Assembly (NCBI GenBank): GCA_016206925.1
Contig: JACQQS010000055.1
Location: 1-62,639, forward strand
Direction: 5' to 3'
From: Candidatus Omnitrophota bacterium
Lineage (GTDB): Bacteria; Omnitrophota; Omnitrophia; Omnitrophales; JACQQS01
Length of the DNA: 62,639 bases
The notes beneath the pieces were generated by a model, which saw only the letters and a list, made by a program, of their open reading frames with translations, was not told the DNA's origin and did no database searches. The position numbers and the translations under genes were made by a program. Below are positions 35,875 to 47,700 of this stretch, in pieces; within the stretch, counting starts at the first letter, position 1, and each line of letters starts with the position of its first letter.

Positions 35875-36067
35875 CACTGTGATGAACGCCGCTGAAACGT
35901 GCAAGTTTCATCGTGCTTCGATGGAAAACGGGCGGTTACCTTAATAGTTTCAATGCGGAATTGACTAATTCGGAGCGAGAGAATTGCGAGAGAAAATAAA
36001 TCAGTTCAATTCATCTCGTTAAACAAGCAAATGGATAGTGCATCTATATGTACTATCCAATTTTTTT
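35875..36067 (+). ncRNA. Candidate ~190-nt orphan transcript (sRNA or tiny-ORF mRNA) between mnmE and nrdJ
   Basis: Bounded by the promoter at 35840..35868 and the intrinsic terminator at 36033..36067. The only reading frame is a 20-codon ORF (MNAAETCKFHRASMENGRLP) without a Shine-Dalgarno sequence. Confidence 0.35.
36033..36067 (+). terminator. Rho-independent terminator
   Basis: ggatagtgcat ctat atgtactatcc forms an 11-bp stem (one G.U) with a 4-nt loop, followed by aa + ttttttt (36061..36067). Confidence 0.7.
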
Positions 36068-36326
36068 CAGTAAACTTTTCAGGATCAACCCGGTGATACC
36101 GATTGTAAGCGGGTGCTGCAAAATAACGGATGAAAAGCAGTCGGTGTCCAAACTGAAGTTTCGAAATATTCCCACAGCATTTCGTTAATTTAACGTGATT
36201 TCATTTAAAATCACCAAAGAGATTTTTTGCCTACTGCTACAAGATATGGGGCAATTAATTTCATAAAGCCCCATATTGAGTAGTATAATGATATTGCGCT
36301 GTATCTTGGAAAAGCAGGGATTCTGC

Positions 36327-36430
36327 CTTTGAATTCGTCAGCACCGACGTTCACGTCGTGTGAACGTTGTGGTGCAGTCCTTGCTTCTGGCAATCCTGCC
36401 AGAAGCAAGGGCAGGAAGACGAATTCAAAG
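36327..36430 (+). promoter_or_regulatory. Three-stem structured element in the nrdJ upstream region (cis-regulatory RNA or composite repeat element)
   Basis: P1 ctttgaattcgtc / gacgaattcaaag (13 bp, 36327..36339 with 36418..36430) encloses P2 acgttcac/gtgaacgt (36447..36467) and P3 ccttgcttctggca/tgccagaagcaagg (36379..36410). P3 is homologous to the sucD-insert hairpin. Confidence 0.5.
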
Positions 36431-36550
36431 ACTGCCCTCGATTTTTGCAGGATTGCAAAATCGTGGGGCTGGGCGTTCTGGAAAGCATAAAGCTTGATCA
36501 AAAGGGTGGAAGCAAAGGATCGATATACGGCAAATTAAGGAGATAAGGGA

Positions 36551-39500
36551 ATGGCAAAAACAACAGCTCAAGAATTAGGAGAACAACTCACAAAACGGCC
36601 TCCGGCGGGTAAAGCGCAAGCGCAAGGTGGTTTAAAGATAAAACGCTTTTTTACCACACCAAGCGTTAACCCTTTAGATGAGATCGAAGTGGTTAAACGA
36701 TCCTCGGCGATTGTCAATACGGACGGCTCCATTGTATTTAAGATGGAGGATGTGGAAGCTCCGAAGGCGTGGTCCCAATTGGCAACGGACATCCTTGTTT
36801 CCAAATATTTCCGTAAGGCTGGTGTACCGGATGCAGGTCACGAGACAAAAGCCAAACAGGTGGTACACCGCATTGCGCATACGATACGCACGGCCGGCGA
36901 AGCAGGACGCTATTTCTTTGGCAAGGAAGACGCAGATGTATTTGAGGCGGAATTGGCTGAAATGCTGATTACGCAAAAAGCCGCGTTTAATTCCCCCGTT
37001 TGGTTCAACTGCGGTCTTTATCACGAATATGGAATTATCGGCAGCGGTGGCAACTACTATTGGAACCCGGAAATCGGCAAGGTTGAAATGACCGCTGATG
37101 CTTATTCTCATCCCCAATGTTCCGCCTGTTTTATCCAAAAGGTTGAGGATGATTTGATGTCGATATTCGCTTTGGTAAAGAGCGAGGCAAGATTATTTAA
37201 GTTTGGATCCGGAACGGGGACAAATTTTTCTTCTTTACGCGGCCGCCAGGAGAAGCTTTCGGGCGGGGGCACTTCATCAGGTCTCATGTCTTTCCTGGAA
37301 GTGTTTGATCGTGCGGCAGGAGCCACCAAGTCGGGCGGCACTACGCGCAGGGCCGCCAAGATGGTGTGTTTGGATCTGGGTCATCCGGAAATCGTTGACT
37401 TCATTAATTGGAAAGTGCGCGAAGAAAAGAAGGTGAAAGCCCTTGTTTCAGGCGGCTATCCCTCGGATTTTAATGGCGAGGCTTATAAGACTGTTTCCGG
37501 TCAGAACTCAAATAACTCAATACGTATAACAGACAAATTTATGGAAGCAGTAGAAAAGGATGGTTCTTGGTCTACAACTTTTCGAACAACGGGGGAGATT
37601 TGTGAAACCTTTAGAGCCCGTGATTTAATGCGTCAAATCTGCGAAGCTGCTTGGGAGTGCGCTGATCCCGGAGTCCAGTTTGATACGGCCATCAATGAAT
37701 GGCATACCTGCCCCAACACCGATCGAATCAATGCATCAAACCCTTGTTCGGAGTATATGTTTCTGGACAATAGCGCTTGCAATCTTGCCTCAATCAACTT
37801 AATGAAATTTGCGCGCGAAGACGGCTCGTTTGATGTCGAAGCATTCCGCCACGCAGTTCAAATATTCATTATCGCGATGGAAATCATAGTGGGCATGTCT
37901 TCCTACCCGACCGAAAATATCGCAAAGAACAGCCACGATTACCGGCCTTTGGGCTTGGGGTACGCGAATCTGGGAACCTATCTCATGATTAACGGTGTTC
38001 CCTACGACAGCGAAGAGGCCCGTAGTATCGGCGCAGCCATAACGGCGATCATGTGCGGCCACGCCTATAAGACTTCTGCCGAAATGGCCCGTGAGGTAGG
38101 CGCATTCCCAGGATATGAAAAAAACCGTGACCCTTTCCTCCATGTGATGGAGAAACATCGGAACGCAAGTTACAAGATTCCTGCGCGCTACTGCCCGGAG
38201 TATTTATTCAAGGCGGCTCAACAGGATTGGGATGACGCGGTGTTTTTGGGCGAGCACTACGGGTACCGAAATGCACAAGCAACAGTGATCGCGCCTACCG
38301 GAACGATCGGCCTGCTTATGGACTGCGATACGACCGGTATTGAGCCTGACTTTGCCCTGGTGAAGTTCAAAAAGCTCTCTGGCGGAGGATATTTTAAGAT
38401 CGTGAACCAATCCGTTCCGCGTGCACTTAAAAGATTGGGGTATACGCCGCGTCAGGTAGCGGATATTGTCCGCTACATTCAAGGGACGTTGACTTTGCAA
38501 GGCGCTCCGTATGTAAACGCCCAGGCGCTAAAGAACAAAGGCTTTCTGGATGAAGACGTTGAGAAGATAGAAAGCCGTCTTCCCTCTGTATTTGAGCTTT
38601 CCCACGCTTTTACGCGTTGGGTGTTGGGAGATCAAGCGGTAGAGAGGCTGGGTTTTAAAAAGGCGCAGTACGAATCGCCTGATTTCAACTTACTGCAGTC
38701 TTTGGGATTTACGGCAGATGAAATCGGGGAAGCCAATGAGGTAGTATGCGGCCGCATGACCATTGAGGGTGCTCCGCATGTGAAAGATGAGGATCTGCCG
38801 GTTTTTGATTGTGCCAACAAATGCGGAAAGAAGGGCAAACGGTTTTTAAACCCGATGTCACACATACGGATGATGAGCGCTGTCCAGAAATTCATATCCG
38901 GCGCCATCTCCAAGACCGTCAATCTTCCGAACGAAGCGACGGTGGAAGATATCGAACAGACCTACTTTGAAGGATGGCGGCTGGGCCTTAAGGCCGTTGC
39001 GCTTTACCGGGATGGCTGTAAATTGAGCCAGCCGCTCAGCACCTCTTCGGACAATACCAAGAAAGAGAAAGAAGGCGCATCAGCTGTAGCCGAGTCCTCG
39101 GCACAAAAGACTTCGGCGCAACCCATTTTGAAACGCAGACGTTTGCCGAAGAAAAGAGGCGGTTTTACCCAAGAAGCCAAAGTGGGAGGGCATAAAGTTT
39201 ATTTGCGGACCGGCGAGTATGAAGATGGCGGCTTGGGGGAAATCTTTCTTGATATGCACAAAGAAGGAGCGGCGCTTAGGAGTATGATGAACTGCTTTGC
39301 CATTGCTGTATCCTTGGGGCTTCAATACGGCGTTCCACTAAAGGAATTTGTGGATTGCTTTACTTTTACCAAATTTGAACCGCAAGGTTCCTGTGACCAT
39401 CCGAACATCAAGCGGGTAAGCTCCATCATTGATTATGTATTTCGAGTATTGGCGATGGAGTACATGGGGATGTATGATTTTGTCCAAGTAAAGCCTTCGA

Positions 39501-39862
39501 TCGATGATTATGGCAATCATTCGGAGGAGAACGGAGAGAAAAACGGTTCAAACGACGCTCATTCAAAAAAATCAGGGCAAAAAGCATACAAAACGGCAAC
39601 CGAAAAACCTTCGCTGGTTAGCAGCAAGGAAATTAAACTTGTTAAAACAGACGCGTCTAATAAAGGAGAGCCAACAGCTGTTCCGACATTGCTTGAGCGG
39701 CCGGCTGAAAGTTACGGCGTTCATTTTGTGGATACGCTCGATGATCATCTTAGTGAGATGATGGGCGATGCCCCTTTTTGTGACGTCTGCGGTCATATCA
39801 CGGTTAGAAGCGGCTCGTGCTACAAATGCCTGAATTGCGGGAACTCGATGGGGTGTTCTTGA
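36551..39862 (+). CDS. nrdJ: Class II (adenosylcobalamin-dependent) ribonucleoside reductase
   Basis: 1103 aa. Active-site region [22 protein letters not shown]-terminal Cys4 ribbon [21 protein letters not shown]. Confidence 0.85.
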   Translation: MAKTTAQELGEQLTKRPPAGKAQAQGGLKIKRFFTTPSVNPLDEIEVVKRSSAIVNTDGSIVFKMEDVEAPKAWSQLATDILVSKYFRKAGVPDAGHETKAKQVVHRIAHTIRTAGEAGRYFFGKEDADVFEAELAEMLITQKAAFNSPVWFNCGLYHEYGIIGSGGNYYWNPEIGKVEMTADAYSHPQCSACFIQKVEDDLMSIFALVKSEARLFKFGSGTGTNFSSLRGRQEKLSGGGTSSGLMSFLEVFDRAAGATKSGGTTRRAAKMVCLDLGHPEIVDFINWKVREEKKVKALVSGGYPSDFNGEAYKTVSGQNSNNSIRITDKFMEAVEKDGSWSTTFRTTGEICETFRARDLMRQICEAAWECADPGVQFDTAINEWHTCPNTDRINASNPCSEYMFLDNSACNLASINLMKFAREDGSFDVEAFRHAVQIFIIAMEIIVGMSSYPTENIAKNSHDYRPLGLGYANLGTYLMINGVPYDSEEARSIGAAITAIMCGHAYKTSAEMAREVGAFPGYEKNRDPFLHVMEKHRNASYKIPARYCPEYLFKAAQQDWDDAVFLGEHYGYRNAQATVIAPTGTIGLLMDCDTTGIEPDFALVKFKKLSGGGYFKIVNQSVPRALKRLGYTPRQVADIVRYIQGTLTLQGAPYVNAQALKNKGFLDEDVEKIESRLPSVFELSHAFTRWVLGDQAVERLGFKKAQYESPDFNLLQSLGFTADEIGEANEVVCGRMTIEGAPHVKDEDLPVFDCANKCGKKGKRFLNPMSHIRMMSAVQKFISGAISKTVNLPNEATVEDIEQTYFEGWRLGLKAVALYRDGCKLSQPLSTSSDNTKKEKEGASAVAESSAQKTSAQPILKRRRLPKKRGGFTQEAKVGGHKVYLRTGEYEDGGLGEIFLDMHKEGAALRSMMNCFAIAVSLGLQYGVPLKEFVDCFTFTKFEPQGSCDHPNIKRVSSIIDYVFRVLAMEYMGMYDFVQVKPSIDDYGNHSEENGEKNGSNDAHSKKSGQKAYKTATEKPSLVSSKEIKLVKTDASNKGEPTAVPTLLERPAESYGVHFVDTLDDHLSEMMGDAPFCDVCGHITVRSGSCYKCLNCGNSMGCS

Positions 39863-39864
39863 TT

Positions 39865-40281
39865 TTAGGCGGCGAAAGCGAGAAGCTGTTTTACTTTGTT
39901 TTGGAGAAGAGGGCCATTTAAAGGTTTGGTAATATAAAATCGGGCGCCAAGATGCCCAGCTTCCTGTTGCGTGTTAAAATCGTCCAGGGCTGTAACCATA
40001 ATGACGGGAATTCTAGAAAGATGCGGGCTGTGCATGAGTACGTCAAGTACTTCTAAGCCGCTGACTCCGCGCATCATGATATCGAGGATGATAATATCCG
40101 GTCTTTCCGCTTCGGCTAATTTAAGGCCATCCGACCCGCTTAACGCTTCAAGAATTTTATAATCGGCCTCGAGGCGCTTTTTAATGATTTCAAGCGCATC
40201 CATTTCATCGTCCACAACAAGGACTTTTTTCTTGCCATTTTGGCCGTCGGTATTCATGACTGCTAACCCCATTTCTATCAA
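39865..40281 (-). CDS. Single-domain response regulator (CheY-like receiver)
   Basis: 138 aa. Motifs VLVVDDEMD, IIILDIMM and ITKP. Convergent with nrdJ, with a 2-nt gap. Confidence 0.8.
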   Translation of the reverse strand: MIEMGLAVMNTDGQNGKKKVLVVDDEMDALEIIKKRLEADYKILEALSGSDGLKLAEAERPDIIILDIMMRGVSGLEVLDVLMHSPHLSRIPVIMVTALDDFNTQQEAGHLGARFYITKPLNGPLLQNKVKQLLAFAA

Positions 40282-40593
40282 ATCGTGACGTTCTGTCTTT
40301 GGAAGAACGACTCATGCCATGCCAGGCGGATTAAATATGCCCGTTCTTAAAGCCAATCTAAATTTGTTATTTTAAAGAGAAAACAACCCGCCTTACCATC
40401 TATAGAACATACGAGCGGCTTTCCGGCCCTATCTGTTTGAAATTTACCCTCTTATCGGTCCAAAGTCAAACTACGGCCTGTCTCATCATTTCGATAAACG
40501 TTGCACCACGGAACAAATACCCGCTTTCTCAGACATTGGATCTATATATGGATTAATGGTTTATGCAATAACACGAATACGGAATCATAAAGC

Positions 40594-40622
40594 TTGACAC
40601 AGAAGCACGGCTATTATATAGT
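40594..40622 (+). promoter_or_regulatory. sigma70-type promoter of the pyr operon
   Basis: TTGACA (40594..40599), a 17-nt spacer, then TATAGT (40617..40622). Confidence 0.55.
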
Positions 40623-40646
40623 GCCGCCACTTTTGAGTACTTTTAA

Positions 40647-40678
40647 CCTTTTAATTTCGTCCGAGAGGCGAAGAAAGG
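40647..40678 (+). promoter_or_regulatory. PyrR-binding stem-loop (anti-antiterminator) in the pyr leader
   Basis: The stems ccttt/aaagg and ttcg/cgaa present the loop uccgagagg, close to the UCCAGAGAGG core of known PyrR binding loops. Confidence 0.6.
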
Positions 40679-40718
40679 TGCATCGTGAAGCATAAATTTT
40701 ATTCAGCTTTCCTGCCAA

Positions 40719-40746
40719 ACCTACCCCAGAGGGTAGGTATTTTTTT
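40719..40746 (+). terminator. Attenuator terminator of the pyr leader
   Basis: acctaccc caga gggtaggt forms an 8-bp stem, followed by a + ttttttt. It lies ~55 nt upstream of the pyrR ATG. Confidence 0.7.
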
Positions 40747-40802
40747 GCCCATTTCCGCCGGTTGCTTGCTCCAAAAACCCCAATACATACAGAGGGGGAC
40801 CT

Positions 40803-41345
40803 ATGTCGGATAAGGTAATTTTTGACGAAGACGGCCTTCTCCGGACTTTGAAACGTTTGGCTCATGAGATTATGGAGCGAAACGCTAAACTCGAAGAGAT
40901 TTCCTTACTAGGCATCCGGACGGGCGGTGCGCATTTGGCCCGCCGCCTCCAAAGTCTTATCGAGGAAATTTCACAGGTAAAAGTGCCTTTGGGAATTCTC
41001 GATATCACGCTTTACCGGGACGATTTGGGAGGCGCGGCAAGCCAGCCGGAAGTGCGCGGAACGGAAATCGATTTTGACATCAATAGCAAAATAGTTGTTC
41101 TAATCGATGATGTTCTGTTTACGGGCCGCACCATACGTTCTGCCATTGACCAGGTGATCGATTTCGGCCGCCCAAAATCGATTCAGCTGGCGGTATTGGT
41201 CGACCGCGGCCATCGGGAACTCCCCATCCGTCCCGATTTTGTGGGCAAGAATGTTCCGACGGCAAGAGAAGAACAGGTTAAAGTGGAATTAAAAGAGGAG
41301 GGCGGAAAAGATAAAGTGGTTGTCCGACCGAGGGCCAATGCATGA
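40803..41345 (+). CDS. pyrR: Bifunctional pyrimidine operon regulator / uracil phosphoribosyltransferase PyrR
   Basis: 180 aa. PRPP motif [13 protein letters not shown]. Confidence 0.9.
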   Translation: MSDKVIFDEDGLLRTLKRLAHEIMERNAKLEEISLLGIRTGGAHLARRLQSLIEEISQVKVPLGILDITLYRDDLGGAASQPEVRGTEIDFDINSKIVVLIDDVLFTGRTIRSAIDQVIDFGRPKSIQLAVLVDRGHRELPIRPDFVGKNVPTAREEQVKVELKEEGGKDKVVVRPRANA

Positions 41346-42274
41346 GCGGTAGAGTTTGGAAGAGAAAAGATTTACTCGGGTTGAAAGATTTGGAGGCGGA
41401 AGAAATCGAGCTGATTTTAGATACGGCTGAATCTTTTCAGGAGATCGGCAACCGTCCCATCAAGAAAGTACCGACACTTCAAGGAAGAACGGTGGTAAAT
41501 CTCTTTTTTGAACCCAGTACGCGGACGCGCATTTCTTTTGAGCTGGCCGAGAAGAGGCTGAGCGCAGATACGGTCAACTTTTCGACGGATATATCAAGCA
41601 CCATCAAGGGCGAGACCGTGAAGGATACCGCAAAAAATCTCGAAGCATTGCAAGTTAGTTTAGTCATTATGCGCCATCCCTCTAGTGGGGCTCCTCACAG
41701 GCTGGCGCGCTATCTGAAATGCGGCGTGATAAACGCGGGTGACGGTATCAACGAACATCCCACACAGGCACTGCTTGATATGTTTACCGTACGCCAAAAA
41801 AAAGGAAAGTTAAAAGGCGTTAAGGTTTCATTCATCGGTGATATTTTGCACAGCCGCGTGGCCCGTTCAAACATTTGGGGACTTACTAAGCTAGGCGCTG
41901 AAGTAACCGTATGCGGACCGCGTACGTTGATTCCGCGCGATGCCGAACAACTGGGCGTTCGCGTGACGACCAATCTGGAAGAGGCGGTGGACGGCGCCGA
42001 TGTCATCAATTTGCTTCGGATCCAGCTTGAGCGGCAGAAAGAATCCTTTTTCCCGAGTATCCGCGAGTATGCCATTACGTATCAAATAAACCGTGATGTC
42101 TTGAAAAAAGCGAAACCCGACGTCGTAATTATGCATCCCGGTCCGGTTAACCGCGGCATAGAGCTGTCCAGCGATGTGGTGGACGGGCCGTATTCCATCA
42201 TTCTGGATCAAGTGACGAACGGGTTGGCTGTGCGGATGGCGGTTCTATATCTGTTGAGCGGGGTGAAATCATGA
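41342..42274 (+). CDS. pyrB: Aspartate carbamoyltransferase catalytic subunit
   Basis: 310 aa. Motifs [13 protein letters not shown] and HPTQALLD. Confidence 0.9.
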   Translation: MSGRVWKRKDLLGLKDLEAEEIELILDTAESFQEIGNRPIKKVPTLQGRTVVNLFFEPSTRTRISFELAEKRLSADTVNFSTDISSTIKGETVKDTAKNLEALQVSLVIMRHPSSGAPHRLARYLKCGVINAGDGINEHPTQALLDMFTVRQKKGKLKGVKVSFIGDILHSRVARSNIWGLTKLGAEVTVCGPRTLIPRDAEQLGVRVTTNLEEAVDGADVINLLRIQLERQKESFFPSIREYAITYQINRDVLKKAKPDVVIMHPGPVNRGIELSSDVVDGPYSIILDQVTNGLAVRMAVLYLLSGVKS

Positions 42275-43560
42275 AACCGCTTTCGAACATCCTTATTAAA
42301 GGATCGCATCTCATCGATCCTGCCTCGGAGCGGGACGGGAAATTTGACGTGCTTATTGAGAAAGGTACGATCAAGAAAATTGCGCCGGCTATTGAGCCCC
42401 AGAACGGAATCGAAGTTCTTGATGCCGGCAGCTTTCATCTGTTTCCGGGTTTTATCGATCTGCACGTACATTTTCGTGAGCCCGGTTTCGAACAGAAGGA
42501 GACCATTTTAACCGGCTGCCAGGCGGCCCTTCGCGGGGGATTTGTGGCGTGTGTGACCATGCCCAATACGCAGCCTCCCTGCGATAATCAAAGTGTGGTG
42601 GAGCATATCTTGTCGAAATCAAGAGAAGTTCCCTTTCGCCTGTTTCCGGCCGGGACGCTTACGCGCAATCGGGAGGGCAAGGAACTCTCCGAAATGGCTG
42701 ATCTTAAAAGAGCCGGCGCCATCGCCGTGACCGACGACGGGAATTGGGTTGAAGACTCTTTACTAATGCGCAGATGCATGGAGTACGCCTCCATGAATAA
42801 TCTGGTGGTCATTACGCATGCTGAGGATCACCGCCTTAGCGCGGACGGCGTCATGAACGAGGGCATTTTCTCAACGTCGTACGGCTTAAAAGGCAGTCCG
42901 GTAGAAAGTGAGATCATCGCCGTATCGAGGGACATAGAACTCGTGCGACTTACCAAAGCGGATTTGCACGTCGCGCACATTTCAACAGCGGGCGCTATCG
43001 AGCTTGTACGCAGAGCACAAAAAGACGGCCTTCCGGTTACGGCGGAAGTTACACCGCATCATTTCAGTCTGACCGATGAGCTTTTGGAGACGTACAACAC
43101 AAATTTAAAGATGAATCCGCCGCTACGTTCCCGGGCCGACGTGGAGGCCATCAAGAAGGGACTGAAAGATGGTACGATCGGAATGATCGCGACGGATCAT
43201 GCGCCGCATACCGAAGAAGACAAGATGGCGGAAATTAATTACGCGCCGGTCGGCACCATCGGTTTAGAGACCGCGGCAGGCGTGGCTTTAACCGAGCTCT
43301 ATCATAAGAAAGTGCTGACATTAGCGCAGCTCGCCGAGAAATTTTCTATAAATCCCGCCAAACGGTTTAACCTGAAAGGCTACGGCGTTATCCGGGAAGG
43401 CGCTCTTGCTAACCTGACATTGGTGGATTTGGAAGAGAAGTGGACGGTGACAAAGGATTGTTTGGTTTCCAAATCGAGAAATTCCTGTTTCCTCGGCGCC
43501 GAATTAAGAGGCCGCGTAAAAGCCGCCTTTTGTCTCGGGCGTTTTTGGAATTACGCCTAA
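42271..43560 (+). CDS. pyrC: Dihydroorotase
   Basis: 429 aa. Motifs [10 protein letters not shown] and TDHAPH. Confidence 0.9.
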   Translation: MKPLSNILIKGSHLIDPASERDGKFDVLIEKGTIKKIAPAIEPQNGIEVLDAGSFHLFPGFIDLHVHFREPGFEQKETILTGCQAALRGGFVACVTMPNTQPPCDNQSVVEHILSKSREVPFRLFPAGTLTRNREGKELSEMADLKRAGAIAVTDDGNWVEDSLLMRRCMEYASMNNLVVITHAEDHRLSADGVMNEGIFSTSYGLKGSPVESEIIAVSRDIELVRLTKADLHVAHISTAGAIELVRRAQKDGLPVTAEVTPHHFSLTDELLETYNTNLKMNPPLRSRADVEAIKKGLKDGTIGMIATDHAPHTEEDKMAEINYAPVGTIGLETAAGVALTELYHKKVLTLAQLAEKFSINPAKRFNLKGYGVIREGALANLTLVDLEEKWTVTKDCLVSKSRNSCFLGAELRGRVKAAFCLGRFWNYA

Positions 43561-43573
43561 TGAGGAGCTGCGC

Positions 43574-44716
43574 GTGAAAGAGAAAAAAGCCATTTTGGCG
43601 CTTGAAGACGGAGAGATTTTTGCCGGTACTTCATTTGGTTACCAGAGAGATGCCGGCGGAGAAGTCGTTTTCAACACGTCCATGTGCGGGTATCAGGAAA
43701 TTCTCACCGATCCATCGTATAAGGGGCAGATGGTTGCCATGACTTACCCGCTTATCGGGAATTACGGAATCAACGAAAGCGATCTTGAATCGGAGAAACC
43801 GCAGGTCGAAGCGTTCATTATCCGGGAGCTGAGTGCCTGTGTGAGCAATTACCGTTCAACCGGCTCGCTTTCGGATTACTTGACCGGGCACAAAATTCCC
43901 GGAATTCAGGGAATCGACACGCGGCGTTTAACGAAACATCTCCGTGACCACGGCGTCAAGCTCGGCATTTTGTCATCAACGGAGCTGGATCCAAAAAAGT
44001 TGGTCCAACGAGCAAAGGCGCTGCCTCCCATGGAAGGACTTGATTTAGTAAAGGATGTCACATGCAAGACACCTTATGACTTTAAAGAGGAGCTGGAAGA
44101 GGGCTTTGCATGGCCGAAAGATATTGCTCGAGAAGCTCATGACGGGAAACCGCTGGTTATTTGTTTTGATTCCGGAATTAAGAGAAATATTCTAAGGAAA
44201 TTAAATCAACGAGGATTCAGCCTAAGGATTGTTCCCGCGACTACCTCGGCAAAGGAGGTTATGACATACAAACCGGCCGGTGTTTTTTTGTCCAATGGGC
44301 CCGGCGATCCCGCTGCCGTGACCTATCTTATCAATACAGCAAGGGAGCTTATCGGTAAGATTCCCATATTCGGAATTTGTTTAGGGCATCAGATTTTGAG
44401 CATTGCGTTGGGCGCCAAAACGTACAAGTTGAAGTTCGGCCATCACGGCGGGAATCACCCAGTCATTGATCTAAAGACTAAAGCGGTTGAAATCACAGCG
44501 CAAAATCATGGGTTTGCCGTCGACCCGGATTCGGTGGATAAAAGCATGATTGAGATCACACATCTCAATTTGAACGATAAGACGGTGGAAGGCTACCGGC
44601 ATAAAAAACTTCCGCTATTTGCGGTTCAATATCATCCCGAAGCTTCTCCGGGGCCTCATGATCCAGACTACCTATTTGAGCGCTTTCGAAAGATGGTCGT
44701 CGAGGGGGTCTGGTAA
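43574..44716 (+). CDS. carA: Carbamoyl-phosphate synthase small (glutaminase) subunit
   Basis: 380 aa. GTG start. Motifs GICLGHQ and QYHPE. Confidence 0.9.
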   Translation: MKEKKAILALEDGEIFAGTSFGYQRDAGGEVVFNTSMCGYQEILTDPSYKGQMVAMTYPLIGNYGINESDLESEKPQVEAFIIRELSACVSNYRSTGSLSDYLTGHKIPGIQGIDTRRLTKHLRDHGVKLGILSSTELDPKKLVQRAKALPPMEGLDLVKDVTCKTPYDFKEELEEGFAWPKDIAREAHDGKPLVICFDSGIKRNILRKLNQRGFSLRIVPATTSAKEVMTYKPAGVFLSNGPGDPAAVTYLINTARELIGKIPIFGICLGHQILSIALGAKTYKLKFGHHGGNHPVIDLKTKAVEITAQNHGFAVDPDSVDKSMIEITHLNLNDKTVEGYRHKKLPLFAVQYHPEASPGPHDPDYLFERFRKMVVEGVW

Positions 44717-47700
44717 TGCCTAAACGGACGGATATTAAAAAGATCCTGATCATCGGCTCGGGTCCCATTATCATCGGACAGGCCTGTGAGTTCGATTACT
44801 CTGGAACGCAGGCTTGTAAAGCACTGAAAGAAGAGGGGTATGAGGTTGTTCTTATCAATTCTAATCCTGCGACCATCATGACCGACCCGGATCTTGCGGA
44901 CCGGACTTATATCGAGCCGATCACAGCGGAGTTTCTTGAGAAGATTATCAAAAAGGAAAAGCCGGATGCGTGCTTGCCGACCATGGGCGGACAGACGGGG
45001 CTGAATACCGCCGTCCGCGCCTACGAAACGGGCGTTTTCGAAAAGTATGGCGTGGAATTAATCGGCGCAAAATATGAAGTTATCCGGAAAGCGGAAGACA
45101 GAGAAGCTTTTAAGAAGGCGATGCTCAAGATTGGATTAGCTGTTCCAAAAAGTCAGTTTGCATACTCTGTGGAAGAAGCGCTTTCCATCGGCGACCGCAT
45201 GGGCTACCCCATGGTCGTACGGCCCAGTTTTACACTGGGTGGTTTCGGAAGCGGCGTTTGTTTTAATCGCGAAGAGCTTGAGAGAACAGCGCGCTTCGGA
45301 CTGGAATACAGCATGAACCACGAAATCCTGGTCGAGGAATCGGTGCTGGGCTGGAAAGAATACGAACTTGAGGTCATGCGCGATTTGAAGAATAACGTGG
45401 TCATTGTCTGCTCCATCGAAAACTTCGATCCCATGGGCGTACACACCGGAGATTCCATCACCGTTGCGCCGGCGCAGACGCTGACGGACAAGGAATATCA
45501 GCGCATGCGGGACGCAGCGTTAGCCATTATCCGAGAGATCGGCGTGGAAACGGGCGGTTCGAACATTCAGTTTGCCGTCAATCCGAAAAATGGCGATATG
45601 GTTGTTATCGAAATGAATCCTCGCGTCTCGCGCTCATCCGCCCTGGCTTCTAAAGCAACCGGTTTTCCCATTGCGAAATTTGCTGCAAAACTGGCCGTGG
45701 GATTGACCCTGGATGAGATTCCGAATGATATCACGAAATACACGCCCGCTTCCTTTGAGCCAGCCATCGATTACTGTATTGTCAAAATTCCGCGGTTTGC
45801 CTTCGAAAAGTTTCCGGGCGTCAATTCGGAACTGACCACGAGCATGAAATCCGTAGGCGAAACCATGGCCATCGGACGGACGTTTAAGGAAGCACTGCAA
45901 AAAGGGCTGAGGTCGCTTGAGATTAAGAGGTTTGGACTTGGAGCGGACGGGAAAGACCAGGTCTTCGATGTAAAATTGGAAACGAGGGGAAAACTTTTTG
46001 ACTTCATCAAGAATGCGCCGGACGATAGCGAGCTTCGCCGTAAAATTCGTTCCTACATCGGAACCGCCAGGGAAGACCGGCTTTTCTATATTAAATACGC
46101 TTATTACGCCGGCATGTCGACGGAGGAAATTCACGATGCTTCGAAAATAGATCCATGGTTTCTTGAGAATATCAAACAGATCATTGATGTTGAACGCGGG
46201 TTAATCGATGCTGCTGAAACGGTCAATTTAACTGAAACAAAAGAGAGCACGAAGGAATTAATCCGCCTTGCGAAACGAACTGGGTTTTCGGACAGACAAC
46301 TGGCATTTCTTTGGGGTTCTGATGAAAAGAGCATTCGTGAACTCCGCCTAAGCCTGAATGTACGGGCAGTTTTCAAATTGGTAGACACCTGCGCCGCAGA
46401 GTTTGCCGCTTTCACTCCGTATTATTACTCCACCTACGAAGATGAGAACGAAGCGGTTGCATCAGAGAAGAAGAAAATCATGATCTTGGGCGGCGGGCCG
46501 AACCGCATTGGCCAGGGGATCGAGTTCGACTACTGCTGCTGTCAAGCCGCCATGGCGCTGAGGGAATTGGGATATGAGACGATCATGGTGAATTCCAATC
46601 CGGAAACCGTGAGTACGGATTACGATACCTCCGACAAGCTTTTCTTTGAACCGCTCACGCGCGAAGATATCTTGAATATCTGTGATGCCCAGAAACCCGA
46701 AGGCATTATTGTACAGCTCGGAGGCCAGACTCCATTAAACCTCTCTGCTTCTTTGGAAGAAGCTGGTATAAAAATCCTCGGAACGTCCGCGCATTCCATC
46801 GAAGCAGCCGAAGACCGGGATAAGTTCAACAAAATCATTTCCAAATTGAAGATCCGCCAGCCGGATAACGGTATTGCGCTCAATGCGGATGATGCTTGCC
46901 GGGTTGCGGCAAAGGTAGGTTATCCGGTGGTCATACGGCCTTCTTTTGTGCTGGGCGGGCGGGCCATGGAGATTGTCTACGACGAAGAGCAGCTCCGGCA
47001 ATATATGCGCGATGCGGTAGAGGCCTCGGATGAACACCCTATTCTTATCGACCGGTTTCTCGAAGATGCCCTTGAAATTGACGTGGATCTCATCGGTGAT
47101 GGCGAAACTTTTGTGGTGGGCGCCGTGATGGAGCACATCGAAGAAGCCGGCATACATTCGGGCGACAGCGCTATGGTGATTCCCCCACATTCACTATCGA
47201 AGGAAAAAGTTAAAGAAATTATTCAGAAGACAGAACTTCTGGCAAAGGAATTGAACATAAAGGGCTTGATGAACGTTCAGTATGCCATCAAGGGCGGAGA
47301 GGTCTATTGCCTTGAAGTTAACCCTCGCGCGTCAAGAACGGTTCCTTTTGTAAGCAAGGCCATCGGCATTCCCCTGGCGAGAATTGCCGCGTGTGTCATG
47401 GCCGGCAAACGATTAAAGGAGCTTGGTTTTACGGAAGAAATCATTCCGCCGCATGTTTCCGTGAAGGAGTCCGTGTTTCCGTTCATCAAGTTTCCAGGAG
47501 TGGATATCATTTTATCCCCTGAAATGAAATCGACGGGCGAGGTGATGGGCATCGACAGCAATTTCGGGCAGGCTTTTTACAAATCGCAGGATTCGGCGTG
47601 GTGCCGCCTGCCTGACAAGGGCACGGTATTTATGAGTGTCAAAGATGCCGACAAACCAAAAATTGTCCCCATTGCAAAAGGCCTTGCTGAATTAGGGTTT

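Noticed and set aside
36033-36058. The palindrome ggatagtgcatctatatgtactatcc upstream of nrdJ was considered as an NrdR box/operator.
   Set aside because: It matches my recollection of the NrdR-box consensus poorly. There is no second box at helical spacing, and it lies ~500 nt from the nrdJ start. It is followed directly by seven T residues, so an intrinsic terminator explains it better.
36300-36470. A cobalamin (or other known) riboswitch in the nrdJ leader.
   Set aside because: I could not find a B12-box-like core or other signature motifs of riboswitch classes I know. One stem is shared with an insertion inside sucD, which points to a repeat module instead. An Rfam scan is still needed.
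36211-36501. 96-aa minus-strand ORF in the mnmE-nrdJ spacer.
   Set aside because: It is composed largely of the reverse complement of the hairpin modules. It has no RBS and no recognisable domain, so it is probably a by-product of the palindromes.
40614-40865. 83-aa minus-strand ORF overlapping the pyr leader and the pyrR start.
   Set aside because: The region is fully explained by the PyrR attenuator and pyrR. The ORF has no supporting features.
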